Source: an uncultured Coriobacteriaceae bacterium
GTDB lineage: Bacteria; Actinomycetota; Coriobacteriia; Anaerosomatales; CAZWGV01
Direction of reading: 5' to 3'
NCBI GenBank assembly: GCA_964633595.1
Contig: CAZWGV010000003.1
Span: forward strand, 1 to 60,718
DNA: 60,718 nucleotides
The translations under genes were made by a program, and so were the position numbers. The notes beneath the pieces were generated by a model. It was not told where the DNA came from and did not search any database. It saw only the letters and a list, made by a program, of their open reading frames with translations. This document shows, one piece after another, positions 39,499 to 48,715 of this stretch; position 1 is the stretch's first letter; each line of letters starts with the position of its first letter.

Positions 39499-40721
39499 CC
39501 CCGGGCGAAGATGAGGGTGACATTGTGACCGCCGAAGCCGAAAGCGTTGCTGGCTGCGGTCTCGATCGCGACCTGCCGCGCGTCATTGGGCACGTAGTCG
39601 AGGTCGCATTCCGGGTCGGGGTGGGAGAGGTTGATCGTGGGCGGCAGCAGGCCGTTCTCGATCGCGAGTAGCGCGACGGCCGCCTCCAGCGCGCCCGCCC
39701 CGCCCAGCAGGTGTCCCGTCATCGACTTGGTGGATGAGACGGGCGGCGGCGCCTCTCCGAACACGGCCTTGATAGCTCTTGTCTCAATGAGGTCGCCTTG
39801 CGGGGTCGAAGTGCCGTGCGCGTTGATGTACCCGACCTCGGCGGGGACTATGTCGGCCTGCATGAGGGCGTGGCGCATAGCGCGGATGGCGCCATCCCCT
39901 TCAGGATCGGGTGCCGTGATGTGGTAGGCGTCGCCAGTTGTGCCGTAGCCCACCAGCTCTCCCCGAATCCTCGCGCCTCGGGCAGTGGCTCGGTCCCAAC
40001 CCTCGAGGATGAGGACCGCGCCTCCTTCGCCCATGACGAAGCCGTCCCTTCCGGAATCGAAGGGGCGCGAAGCTCCCTCGGGATCATCGTTTCGGGTGGA
40101 TAGCGCGCGTGCCGCACAGAACCCAGCTACGCCCAGAGGGGTGATGGCGGCATCCACTCCACCCGCGATGACCACGTCGGCCGAGCCGCGCCTGATCGCC
40201 TCGCCCCCCTCTCCGATGGCATGAGCGCCGGTTGAGCAGGCTGAGACCGGTGCGTAGTTGATGCCCTTCGCACCGTAGCGGATGGAGATATGTCCGGCCG
40301 CGAGGTCGCTGATCATCATAGGGACCACGAAGGGGCTAACGCGTCCCGGACCCTGTTCGAGCAGGCGCTGCAGCTGCTCTTCCATAGCGTGGAGTCCGCC
40401 AATCCCTGACCCCACTATCACTCCGACGCGGTCTGCCTCGGCGGGTTCGAACTCCAGAGCGGCGTCGGCGATAGCCTCGTCCGCTGCTACGACCGCCATC
40501 TGCTGGAAGCGTGACATCCGACGCGCTTCCTTTGCATCGACAACGGGAACTGGGTCGAATCCTTTCAGGTAGCCGGCAAATCTGGTCGCGTAGTCGGTGG
40601 CGTCGAAGTGCTCGATCGCCCCGATGCCCGACCGGCCAGCCGAGAGCGCCTCCCAGAGGACGTCCACTCCGACTCCGAACGGCGATACCGCGCCGATCCC
40701 TGTTACGGCAACCCGCTTCAT
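39495..40721 (-). CDS. fabF: beta-ketoacyl-ACP synthase II
   Basis: MKRVAVTGIGAVSPFG N-terminus, an active-site Cys (PVSACSTGAH), and the HGTSTP and GHLLGGAG motifs. ATGA overlap with the upstream gene. The track ORF (to 40919) is over-extended by 66 codons. Confidence 0.94.
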   Translation of the reverse strand: MKRVAVTGIGAVSPFGVGVDVLWEALSAGRSGIGAIEHFDATDYATRFAGYLKGFDPVPVVDAKEARRMSRFQQMAVVAADEAIADAALEFEPAEADRVGVIVGSGIGGLHAMEEQLQRLLEQGPGRVSPFVVPMMISDLAAGHISIRYGAKGINYAPVSACSTGAHAIGEGGEAIRRGSADVVIAGGVDAAITPLGVAGFCAARALSTRNDDPEGASRPFDSGRDGFVMGEGGAVLILEGWDRATARGARIRGELVGYGTTGDAYHITAPDPEGDGAIRAMRHALMQADIVPAEVGYINAHGTSTPQGDLIETRAIKAVFGEAPPPVSSTKSMTGHLLGGAGALEAAVALLAIENGLLPPTINLSHPDPECDLDYVPNDARQVAIETAASNAFGFGGHNVTLIFARG

Positions 40722-41692
40722 GCCACAGCTCCCACCTCGGCGACGCGCCACTCCTCCACAAGCCGCTCGACAAGCTCGTGGACGCGCGGCACGTCTGCGA
40801 CCCGCGCCGCCGATGTGCCGGCGAAGACAAGGCCGCCAACCACATCTCCCTGCTGCGCTTTGACCAGCTTGTCGATGATGCAGTAGTCCTTGCCGCACTC
40901 CTTCAGGCAAGCTGCGCACGATTCGATCGGGGGCACATCGCCCGCCTCGAGATCCTCCACCAGAGGGTTTCGCAGAGCGCGACCGGGGAGCCCCACGGGG
41001 CTCTTCACTAGCACGATGTCGTGGTCTCCAGCCTCCAGATACATGCGCTTGAAGTTGTCGGATGCCGAGGACTCAATGGTGGCCGCAAATCGCGAGCCCA
41101 TCTGAACGCCGGCGGCTCCGGTGTCGAGGACGCGCTTGATGTCGGCCCCCGTGGCTATCCCCCCGGCCCCGATCACCGGGATGTCGACGGCGTCCAGGAT
41201 CCGTGGGAGGAGCTGCATGAGCGGCTCATCCGTGCCCAGGTGCCCGCCCGCCTCGAAGCCCTCAGCCACCACTGCCGACGCGCCGAATCGCTCGGCGAGC
41301 TTGGCCACCCGCTCTGACCCGACGATCGGGACTATCGGGACCCCCGCCTCAGCGCCCCATCGAAAGACATCCCTGCTGAACCCAGCGCCCGCCACGACGA
41401 GTTGCGCACCCTCAGCGATCGCGGTCTGCACCAACTCGGCGAACTTGCGTACTGCGACCATCACGTTGACGCCCACGATGCCATCGGTCATGGACCTCGC
41501 CTTGCGGACCTCGGCGCCGAGCTCCTCGGGCTGCATGCCCGACCCGGCGATGAGCCCAATGCCACCGGCCTCGGCGACTGCCGCGGCCAGCGGAGCCATG
41601 GAGATGCGTACAGCCATACCCCCCTGCACGATCGGCAGAGGCGCAACAAGCTCGCCTATCGCGAGCGTCGGCATGGACAGCGCTTCCGTCAT
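40718..41692 (-). CDS. NMO/FabK-like FMN-dependent oxidoreductase, a divergent second enoyl-ACP-reductase-II-like paralogue with a C-terminal Cys cluster
   Basis: 324 aa with a TIM-barrel NMO pattern (PIVQGGMA, GVNVMV, EGFEAGGHLG, IPVIGAGGIATG, GVQMGSRF) plus CAACLKECGKDYC. It lies between acpP and fabF. Confidence 0.75.
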   Translation of the reverse strand: MTEALSMPTLAIGELVAPLPIVQGGMAVRISMAPLAAAVAEAGGIGLIAGSGMQPEELGAEVRKARSMTDGIVGVNVMVAVRKFAELVQTAIAEGAQLVVAGAGFSRDVFRWGAEAGVPIVPIVGSERVAKLAERFGASAVVAEGFEAGGHLGTDEPLMQLLPRILDAVDIPVIGAGGIATGADIKRVLDTGAAGVQMGSRFAATIESSASDNFKRMYLEAGDHDIVLVKSPVGLPGRALRNPLVEDLEAGDVPPIESCAACLKECGKDYCIIDKLVKAQQGDVVGGLVFAGTSAARVADVPRVHELVERLVEEWRVAEVGAVA

Positions 41693-41787
41693 CGCGTTTC
41701 GGTAACCGCCCTCGATCCTATGTGGCGCGCCGCCTTCGCCCCGGCCGCGCTCGAGGGGCGCAGACCGGGGCGCGGCCGTACGCGACC

Positions 41788-42027
41788 CTAGCTGTTCGAC
41801 GCGATGTACTCCACCGCGTCGCCGACAGTCTTGATGTTCTCGGCCTCCTCGTCGGGGATGGAGATGCCGAAGTTGTCCTCCAGAGCCATCACTAGCTCAA
41901 CGATGTCGAGAGAATCCGCACCGAGGTCGTCAATGAATGACGCGCTCTCCGTGACGTCGTCTTCCTCGACGTTGAGCTGCTCGAGGACGACCTCCTTGAT
42001 CTTGTCGAAGATACCGTCGTGGTCCAC
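41788..42027 (-). CDS. acpP: acyl carrier protein
   Basis: 79 aa with the phosphopantetheine attachment motif [17 protein letters not shown]. Confidence 0.95.
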   Translation of the reverse strand: MDHDGIFDKIKEVVLEQLNVEEDDVTESASFIDDLGADSLDIVELVMALEDNFGISIPDEEAENIKTVGDAVEYIASNS

Positions 42028-42070
42028 TATTACCGCACACCTCCTCTCCGCCGCTATCGCGGCGCCAAAC

Positions 42071-42820
42071 TCAAGCGAAAGTCATCCCGCCGTCCACGGT
42101 CAACACGTGGCCGGTCACATAGGCGGCATCATCCGACGCCAGGTAGGAGACCGCGGCCGCAACATCATCGGCTGCTCCGAAGCGGCCAAGAGCGATGCCT
42201 GCGAGAGCGCTCTCTCGGACCGATTCAGACAGTGCGGCGGTCATGTCGGTCTCGATGAACCCAGGCGCCACGGCGTTCACCCGCACTCCTCGGGGCGCCA
42301 GTTCGCGAGCGATGGACTTGGTGAAGCCGATGACACCAGCCTTGGCCGCCGCATAGTTGCCCTGCCCCGCGTTGCCAACCAAGCCAACGACTGACGTGAC
42401 GTTCACAACGCATCCCGAGCGTGCCTTCATCATGTGTTTCGTGGCGGCTCGAGTGCACCCGAACACACCACGGAGGTTGGTGGCGATCACGTCGTCCCAA
42501 TCGGCGTCGCTCATCCGGACTAGTAGCCCATCGCGCGTGATTCCCGCGTTGTTCACCAAGACATCCAGTCGGCCGTGGCGAGCGATGACCTCCTCAACAA
42601 GCCGAGTGCATGCAGCGCTGTCCGAGACGTCAGCCTTCAGCGCCATCGCCGAGCCGCCCGCCTGTTCGATGGTCGCCACCACATCCAGGGCCGCTCGTTC
42701 ACTGCCCGAGTAGTTCACACCCACCCAGAAGCCGTCCCGGGCCATTCGTGCGGCTATCGCGGCGCCGATACCCCTTGATGCACCCGTGACCAGGGCGACA
42801 CCGGCCGGCGGGGCGCTCAT
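42071..42820 (-). CDS. fabG: 3-oxoacyl-ACP reductase
   Basis: 249-aa SDR with [16 protein letters not shown], and the catalytic S...YAAAK. Confidence 0.93.
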   Translation of the reverse strand: MSAPPAGVALVTGASRGIGAAIAARMARDGFWVGVNYSGSERAALDVVATIEQAGGSAMALKADVSDSAACTRLVEEVIARHGRLDVLVNNAGITRDGLLVRMSDADWDDVIATNLRGVFGCTRAATKHMMKARSGCVVNVTSVVGLVGNAGQGNYAAAKAGVIGFTKSIARELAPRGVRVNAVAPGFIETDMTAALSESVRESALAGIALGRFGAADDVAAAVSYLASDDAAYVTGHVLTVDGGMTFA

Positions 42821-43734
42821 ACGACACCCTCCATGATCGCGTCGATCCCTGTCTGCTCGGCCGAGATGCCGGAGAGCCCCTCGATGCGCTTGGCAAGACC
42901 GGCCAGGACACTCCCAGGTCCCGCCTCTACGAGAGTGTGGATGCCTGCTTCGCGCATCGCGGACATCGTCTCGGTCCAGCGAACCGGTGAAGACATCTGC
43001 GCGAGCAAGCGCTCCTTGATGATCTCCGGGTCTGTGGCAGGCGTCGGGTTGGAGTTCTGTACGACAGGGATGGACGCTTCGTCGAACCTGCAGTCGAGGA
43101 CAACTTCGGCGAACACGTCTGAGGCTGGCTTCATGACCGGCGAGTGGAAGGCGCCGGCGACGTTGAGCGGCACGATCTTGCGCGCCCCGGCAGCCACGAG
43201 TTCCTTCTCGGCAGCGGCGAGTCCCTCATGGGTGCCGGACAACACCACTTGCCCCGGCGCATTGTCGTTGGCAACCCATACACCGCTGATCCCGCTAGTG
43301 GATTCGGCAACATCCGGACCGTCCATGCCGAGCACCGCCATCATGCTCCCGGGTATCTCACGAGCGGCAGCCGCCATGGCACGAGACCGTTCGACCACAA
43401 GTTCGAGCCCAGCTTCGACTGAGATCACCCCGGCCGTGGCCAACGCCACCAGTTCGCCCAGACTGTGCCCGGCCACCATCGATGGCGCCATTCCGGCCTC
43501 GATCACGGCGCTGCCCCACGCCCAGTCCGTCAGGTAGAGAAGGGGTTGTGCGACACGCGTGTCGGCCAGGTCCTCTTCCGTTCCCAGCTTGTCGATCGCG
43601 CGAAGCTCGATGTCACAGAGCGCCTCGGCTGCGTCGATCAGTCTGTCGAAGCCCACAACGGGAGGCACACCCCCAAGCATCCCGCTGCGCTGCGAGCCTT
43701 GTCCCGGGAAGGCGAGGGCAAAGCCGGGACTCAC
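42817..43734 (-). CDS. fabD: malonyl CoA-ACP transacylase
   Basis: 305 aa with FPGQGSQ and the active-site GHSLGE motif. Confidence 0.94.
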   Translation of the reverse strand: MSPGFALAFPGQGSQRSGMLGGVPPVVGFDRLIDAAEALCDIELRAIDKLGTEEDLADTRVAQPLLYLTDWAWGSAVIEAGMAPSMVAGHSLGELVALATAGVISVEAGLELVVERSRAMAAAAREIPGSMMAVLGMDGPDVAESTSGISGVWVANDNAPGQVVLSGTHEGLAAAEKELVAAGARKIVPLNVAGAFHSPVMKPASDVFAEVVLDCRFDEASIPVVQNSNPTPATDPEIIKERLLAQMSSPVRWTETMSAMREAGIHTLVEAGPGSVLAGLAKRIEGLSGISAEQTGIDAIMEGVV

Positions 43735-44687
43735 TGGAGCACCTTCGTGAAGCTCTCGCCCAGCGACCTCATTACCTCCTCGGCCTCCGACACCACGTCA
43801 GCGACGATCTGCGCTGCCGGCTTCACGCAGTCCACCATGGACGCGCACTGGCCCGCCATCAGGCTGCCCATCTCGAGGTCGCCCGCGCGCATCGCCAACG
43901 CCAACCTGCCCGAGCCCAGCCGTTCGAGTTCCTCGGGCAGGTTCGCTCTGTCGAGCTCCTCGAGTTGGCGTGTCAGGCGATTCTTGAGCACCCGTACGGG
44001 GTGGCCGGTGGAGTAGCCGGTCACAACCGTGTCGCGGTCCTTTGCCTTGAGGATCCGCTCCTTCACCGCCGGATGGATGTTGCACTCGCTGGCGCACATG
44101 AATCGCGTGCCCATCTGTACTCCCTCGGCCCCCAGTGCGAACACCGCCGCGACTCCCCGGCCGTCGGCAATGCCCCCTGCCGCGATGACCGGGATGTCGA
44201 TCGCGTCCACCAGCTGCGGCGTGAGGACCATCGTTGTCAGCTCTCCGATGTGGCCGCCGGCTTCCATGCCCTCCCCGATGACAGCGTCCGCACCCATGCG
44301 CTCCAGGCGCTTGGCGAGTGCCATGGAAGGTGCTATCGGAAGCACCTTGATGCCCCGCTCCTTGAGAGCGGTCATGTACGGCCCCGGATTGCCCGCTCCA
44401 GTGGTGACCACGGGCACGTGCATGTCCAACACCAGCTGAACCAGCTCGTCGATGTGAGGTGTGAGCAGCATCAGGTTCACACCGAATGGCTTCGAGGTGA
44501 GCGCTTTCGCCCTGGTTATCTCGGTGCGCAAGACGTCGGTGGGCATGTGACCCGCGCCGATGACCCCCAGCCCGCCAGCTTCGCTGACAGCCGCCGACAG
44601 CTCGGCTGTGGCGGTCCAGGCCATCCCGCCCTGTATTATCGGATGCTCGATGCCAAGGACTTCATTCAAGCGAGTCCGCAGCGGCAT
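43731..44687 (-). CDS. fabK: enoyl-ACP reductase II (FabK, FMN-dependent)
   Basis: From the ATG at 44687: MPLRTRLNEVLGIEHPIIQGGMAWTA...PFGVNLMLL...EGMEAGGHIGELTTM...IPVIAAGGIADGRG. By eye it is colinear with streptococcal FabK. GAGGAGG lies upstream within the fabH 3' end. Confidence 0.88.
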   Translation of the reverse strand: MPLRTRLNEVLGIEHPIIQGGMAWTATAELSAAVSEAGGLGVIGAGHMPTDVLRTEITRAKALTSKPFGVNLMLLTPHIDELVQLVLDMHVPVVTTGAGNPGPYMTALKERGIKVLPIAPSMALAKRLERMGADAVIGEGMEAGGHIGELTTMVLTPQLVDAIDIPVIAAGGIADGRGVAAVFALGAEGVQMGTRFMCASECNIHPAVKERILKAKDRDTVVTGYSTGHPVRVLKNRLTRQLEELDRANLPEELERLGSGRLALAMRAGDLEMGSLMAGQCASMVDCVKPAAQIVADVVSEAEEVMRSLGESFTKVLQ

Positions 44688-44689
44688 GG

Positions 44690-45703
44690 TCAGGCCTCCT
44701 CGCGCGGACCGGCGCCCGGCGCTCCCTTGGTCCAGCGCACGACTGCCGCTCCCCATGTGAGCCCTGCGCCGAACCCTACCAGGGCGAGCAAGTCGCCCGC
44801 CTGAAGTCGCCCGCTAGTATACAGGTCGTTCAGCGCCAGCGGTATCGACGCCGCCGACGTGTTCCCCGAGATAGCCACGTTGGAGAAGACCTTCTCGTGG
44901 GCGATGCCCAGGCGGTCGGCCACCGTGTCCAGAATGCGCTGATTCGCCTGGTGTGGAATCAGCCATGTTAGGTCGCTCACCGCGAACCCCGAGGCTTCAA
45001 GAGCCTCCTCGGCAGCTCGCGGTATCACGCGCACAGCGAACTTGAACACTTCGTTGCCCGCCATCCGGAGGTACTGGTCCCTTTCCGCACACGTGTCAGG
45101 TGTCAGGGGCATCTCTGAACCGCCGCAAGGGATGGTGAGCATGTCCCATCCGGAGCCATCCGCACCCAGCCGGACTGCCGCGACTCCCGGCTCATCTGCG
45201 AGGCCCAAGACCACTGCGCCCGCGCCATCGCCGAACAGGACACAGGTTGCCCTGTCGGTGAAGTCGATGAATCTGCTCAAGACGTCCGCGCCGACGAGCA
45301 GGACGGTTCTGGCCCTCCCCGACTCGATCGCCGCTGCGGCCACCTGAAGGCCGTAGACGAACCCGCTGCACGCCGCGTTCACGTCGAGAGCCGGGCATGT
45401 CAGTCCTAGGGAGCGCTGGACGAGACACGCTGTGGATGGCATGAGTCTGTCCGGGGTGCACGTGGCGACGACGAGCAGATCGACGTCCTCCGCGCGCGCG
45501 TCCGCGTCGGCCAGAGCAGCCCGTGCGGCTCTCACCGCAAGGTCGGAAGTGGCTTCCCCCTCGGCAGCCAGGCGGCGCTCCCGTATGCCGGTACGGGCGG
45601 TGATCCACTCATCCGAGGTGTCCACCATGCCCTCAAGGTCGGCATTGGTTAGCCGACGCTCGGGAAGGTAGGACCCCACGCCGATGATGGCGGCGTAACT
45701 CAC
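44690..45703 (-). CDS. fabH: beta-ketoacyl-ACP synthase III
   Basis: 337 aa with an active-site Cys (VNAACSGFVY), HQAN and GNTSAASIP motifs. GTG start. Confidence 0.94.
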   Translation of the reverse strand: MSYAAIIGVGSYLPERRLTNADLEGMVDTSDEWITARTGIRERRLAAEGEATSDLAVRAARAALADADARAEDVDLLVVATCTPDRLMPSTACLVQRSLGLTCPALDVNAACSGFVYGLQVAAAAIESGRARTVLLVGADVLSRFIDFTDRATCVLFGDGAGAVVLGLADEPGVAAVRLGADGSGWDMLTIPCGGSEMPLTPDTCAERDQYLRMAGNEVFKFAVRVIPRAAEEALEASGFAVSDLTWLIPHQANQRILDTVADRLGIAHEKVFSNVAISGNTSAASIPLALNDLYTSGRLQAGDLLALVGFGAGLTWGAAVVRWTKGAPGAGPREEA

Positions 45704-45782
45704 CAGAGGATTCGGATGGGGATCGCTGTGGGGGTCATGGTCCGTGTAGTGTACACGTCTCGGCTCAAAGCGCGAAAAGCGG

Positions 45783-46799
45783 TCACTTGGGGCTGGCGGA
45801 GCCGGGCTGCAGGGCCGCTACGATGGCTTCGGTCAGTCCCCCCCGCGCCGTACGAGCGGCCGCCAGCACTCCTGCGGCGATACCTGTCGGGCTCGAGTTC
45901 CCATGCCCGATCACGCATGCGCCCCGAACGCCCAGAAGGGGGACGCCGCCGTAAGCCTCCGGATCGAGCCTAGACCGGAGCTCGCTCAAGGCCGGACGGA
46001 GGGCGGTGGCCGCCACCTTGCGTGCAGGAGTAGAGGTCACGGAGGTTCGCACCTCTCCAAGCAGCCATGCGGCGGAGCCCTCCAGGAGCTTCAGGCAGAC
46101 GTTGCCAGTGAAGCCGTCGGTGACCACAACGTCCGCGGACCCGGACATGAGATCTCGACCCTCGATGTTGCCGAGGAACGCCAAGGAGGCCCCAGACAGC
46201 AGCGTGTGCGCCTCCTGCGCCAGGCGCGATCCCTTGGTGGGCTCCCCGCCGATGTTCAGGAGCGCTGCACGCGGCTCTGCCACACCAAGAGCGCACTTCG
46301 CGTACGCCGCCCCCATGTGCGCGAACTGCAGGAGGTTCTCGGGTCCGCAGTCAGCCTGCGCGCCAACGTCAAGGAACACCAGGGGAGTCCTGCCGAATGG
46401 GAGGAGGGCGGCCAAGGCGGGCCGATCGACGCCCTCCAACCTGCCCATGACAAGTGTGGCCGCGGCCATCACAGCCCCGGTGTTGCCCGCCGAGAAGAAC
46501 GCATCCGCCGAGCCCTCGCCGACAGCACGGCAACCCACCACAATCGATGAGTTCCTCTTGGAACGCACGGCTGCGGCCGGGGCCTCATCCATCGCGATGA
46601 CTTCTGGTGCCACCAGCGGCTCGACTTGTGGACGGTGACGCGCAGCGTACACCTCGACCACCTCGGCCGGACCCGCGAGGAGCACATGCACACCGTCATC
46701 GCTGGCAATGGCCGCTGAGACGCCCGCGAGTACGGTTTCGTGACCAAGATCGCCCCCGACAGCGTCGACGACAACCCTCACCATGCACTCAGTGGCCAT
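45783..46799 (-). CDS. plsX: phosphate acyltransferase PlsX
   Basis: VRVVVDAVGGD N-terminus and the FTGNVCLKLLEG motif. The start is uncertain among 46805 (GTG), 46799 (ATG) and 46784 (ATG). Confidence 0.93.
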   Translation of the reverse strand: MATECMVRVVVDAVGGDLGHETVLAGVSAAIASDDGVHVLLAGPAEVVEVYAARHRPQVEPLVAPEVIAMDEAPAAAVRSKRNSSIVVGCRAVGEGSADAFFSAGNTGAVMAAATLVMGRLEGVDRPALAALLPFGRTPLVFLDVGAQADCGPENLLQFAHMGAAYAKCALGVAEPRAALLNIGGEPTKGSRLAQEAHTLLSGASLAFLGNIEGRDLMSGSADVVVTDGFTGNVCLKLLEGSAAWLLGEVRTSVTSTPARKVAATALRPALSELRSRLDPEAYGGVPLLGVRGACVIGHGNSSPTGIAAGVLAAARTARGGLTEAIVAALQPGSASPK

Positions 46800-46879
46800 T
46801 CCCACCCCTACGGCCCGGCAGGTTGTCTCGGCTGTTCTGGCGGGCTTGACCCAGCGCGGAGGCTGGGGACAAGTGGAAG

Positions 46880-47056
46880 CTACTCAGTCTCGACGATCTC
46901 CCGGCCGCCATAGTATCCGCACTCAGCGCACACACGATGAGGCGCTTTGGGCTGGTGGCACTGCGGACAGACTGCGCGCGAGGGCTGCGACACGGCGTGA
47001 GTCGCTCTCCGGGCATCGCGCACCGCGCGCGTCGTCTTCCTCTTGGGGACGGCCAT
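46880..47056 (-). CDS. rpmF: 50S ribosomal protein L32
   Basis: This 58-aa ORF is below the track cutoff: MAVPKRKTTRAVRDARRATHAVSQPSRAVCPQCHQPKAPHRVCAECGYYGGREIVETE*. It has the classic L32 N-terminus and CxxC...CxxC. GGTGGAG lies upstream. Confidence 0.92.
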   Translation of the reverse strand: MAVPKRKTTRAVRDARRATHAVSQPSRAVCPQCHQPKAPHRVCAECGYYGGREIVETE

Positions 47057-47141
47057 TCTTGCTCCACCTCTCGTGACTAGGCGCCCGCGGCGCGCTAGGG
47101 CTTTGCGTCTGTCGGACTGACTGGCGTCGGCACGTCGCGGA

Positions 47142-47150
47142 ATGATAGCA
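47142..47150 (-). promoter_or_regulatory. candidate extended -10 promoter for rpmF-plsX-fab
   Basis: Minus strand reads TGcTATCAT, about 85 nt upstream of the rpmF ATG. The -35 is weak. Confidence 0.4.
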
Positions 47151-47206
47151 CACGAGGCGCTCGGAAGTGATCCCGCGCCGCCCTGTCGGCGACTCGCCTG
47201 GGGCCC

Positions 47207-47746
47207 TCAGTCCTCTTCGTCGGAGTGAGCGCCGAGAAGATCTGCGAGCGCGCTGAAGGGGCCTTCGCTCTCCTGCGGGGCGCAGCAGCACGCAGCGGCA
47301 TTGAGATCCGCTCCGCACTGAGGGCAGATGCCTCTGCAATCCGGTGAGTGAACGGGAGCGAAGGGCGCTTCCATTGCGAGAGCGGCTTCTAGTGCGGGTC
47401 CGAGTTCCACCCAGCCTTCCTCGATCCGCCCGTACTCGTCCGCATCATCGGCTGCAGTCCCTGACACGCTCACGCCAGAGTAGAACGCCTCCAGGTCCGT
47501 CTCGATGGTTGTATCGAACTGCTCGAGGCACTTGCAGCACTCTGCGCGAACGTCGAGTTTCACGCGACCGTGCGCAAGGACCCCGCTCCCGGTATTCGAG
47601 ATGGTGGCGGATACGTGGGCGGGCCCAAGCGGGGTGAACTCCTCGTCCCCAACACGAACCGGACCCACCTCCACGTCCTGGTCGATCTGAGTCTCAGCAC
47701 CGAGTTCGTCGAGCAGTGCCGCGACGTCGATTCGCAAGGTGGTCAT
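47207..47746 (-). CDS. yceD: YceD/DUF177 family protein (23S rRNA accumulation protein)
   Basis: About 179 aa with the C-terminal HSPDCRGICPQCGADLN motif typical of DUF177. It lies immediately upstream of rpmF, as is nearly universal. Confidence 0.88.
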   Translation of the reverse strand: MTTLRIDVAALLDELGAETQIDQDVEVGPVRVGDEEFTPLGPAHVSATISNTGSGVLAHGRVKLDVRAECCKCLEQFDTTIETDLEAFYSGVSVSGTAADDADEYGRIEEGWVELGPALEAALAMEAPFAPVHSPDCRGICPQCGADLNAAACCCAPQESEGPFSALADLLGAHSDEED

Positions 47747-47752
47747 CACGTA

Positions 47753-48211
47753 TCAGGAGCGCTGACTGACCTTGCCCTGAAGGCGATCGCGGCCACGCTG
47801 GACGGCAGTGAGTAGCTTGCCGAGGTTTACCTCCAGGTTTGCGAGCATCTCGTCGGCGTAGTCCTCGGCACCCAGCCGGATCTCGCGCTCTCTCGTGCGG
47901 GCGCTGTCGAGGATGTCCGCCGACTGTTGCTCGGCCGCCTTGACGATCTCCTCCTCGCTTGCCAGAGCCTGGGCACGCTCGCGTGCTTCCTCGAGGATGC
48001 GGTTGGCCTCCTTTTCGGCCTCTTCGAGCATCTCCTGGCGCTCCTTGACGATCCAGCGCGCCTGCTTCAGCTCGTCAGGGAATTGGGCGCGTATCTCATC
48101 GATGATCTCGTAGACCTTCTCGGGATCGATGACCTTGGCTGCCGAGAAGGGCACCGATCGTCCACCGTCGATGAGCTCCTCTATCCGATCGATGAGCGCC
48201 ATGATGTCCAT
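47753..48211 (-). CDS. conserved-looking coiled-coil protein of unknown function
   Basis: 152 aa, strongly helical and charged (EIIDEIRAQFPDELKQARWIVKERQEMLEEAEKEANRILEEARERAQAL...). ATG with GGGAGG 7 nt upstream. No enzymatic motif is visible. Confidence 0.6.
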   Translation of the reverse strand: MDIMALIDRIEELIDGGRSVPFSAAKVIDPEKVYEIIDEIRAQFPDELKQARWIVKERQEMLEEAEKEANRILEEARERAQALASEEEIVKAAEQQSADILDSARTREREIRLGAEDYADEMLANLEVNLGKLLTAVQRGRDRLQGKVSQRS

Positions 48212-48223
48212 GCCGCGACCTCC

Positions 48224-48715
48224 CTACCGCGATGGCCCGAGCCGATCGCTCAATGCATCGTATACAGCGTCCGGTACGAGCCCCTTCACGGAGCCGCCAT
48301 GCCGGGCGATCTCCTTGACCGCCGACGAACTCAAGTACATGAACTCAGGTATGGCCATGATGAACATCGTCTCGATGCTCGGATCGAGAGTGTAGTTCAG
48401 CTGCGCCATCTGGAACTCGCGCTCGAAATCCGTCACCGCTCTAAGCCCCTTGATGATGACGGTAGCCTCTACCTCACGAGCGAGTTCGACCAAAAGGGTA
48501 TCAAAAGCCAGCACATTCACGTTAGTGAGATGTCCGACGGCGTCGCCGAGCAGAGCCACTCGCTCCTCCGCCGAGAATAGAGGCCCTCCACCCTTATCGG
48601 GACTCAGAGCGACGGCTACGACGACCTCATCGAAGAGCGCCGCCGCTCGCTCGATGATGTCGAGGTGACCCGAGGTGACCGGATCGAAGGTTCCGGGGCA
48701 CAAGGCTCGCTTCAT
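48224..48715 (-). CDS. coaD: pantetheine-phosphate adenylyltransferase
   Basis: MKRALCPGTFDPVTSGHLDIIERA (T/HxGH motif). ATGA overlap with rsmD. The track ORF is over-extended by 8 codons. Confidence 0.95.
   Translation of the reverse strand: MKRALCPGTFDPVTSGHLDIIERAAALFDEVVVAVALSPDKGGGPLFSAEERVALLGDAVGHLTNVNVLAFDTLLVELAREVEATVIIKGLRAVTDFEREFQMAQLNYTLDPSIETMFIMAIPEFMYLSSSAVKEIARHGGSVKGLVPDAVYDALSDRLGPSR

Noticed and set aside
40722-40919. N-terminal extensions in the ORF track. Affected ORFs: fabF to 40919, rpsO to 2974, rpsB to 21064, infB to 8755, recG to 51449, coaD to 48739, yraN to 27725, rnhB to 28647, fabK to 44756, degV to 52314.
   Set aside because: The extensions are Arg/Gly-rich, lack homology to the families, and overlap the upstream gene. 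Internal starts give canonical family N-termini with an SD or stop/start coupling.
41693-41787. GC-rich inverted repeats after acpP (CGGCCGCGC...GCGCGGCCG; GCCCCGG...CCGGGGC) as a possible terminator or REP-like element.
   Set aside because: There is no U-tract, the loop is long, and no second copy of the sequence occurs elsewhere in the window. It may simply be an mRNA-stabilising structure between acpP and the next fab gene, and it is not supportable as a distinct feature.
46789-47067. 92-aa minus-strand ORF covering the rpmF locus.
   Set aside because: It is in a different frame from the 58-aa ORF (46880-47056), which translates to an unmistakable L32 (MAVPKRKTTR...CPQC...CAEC). The 92-aa frame has no recognisable features.
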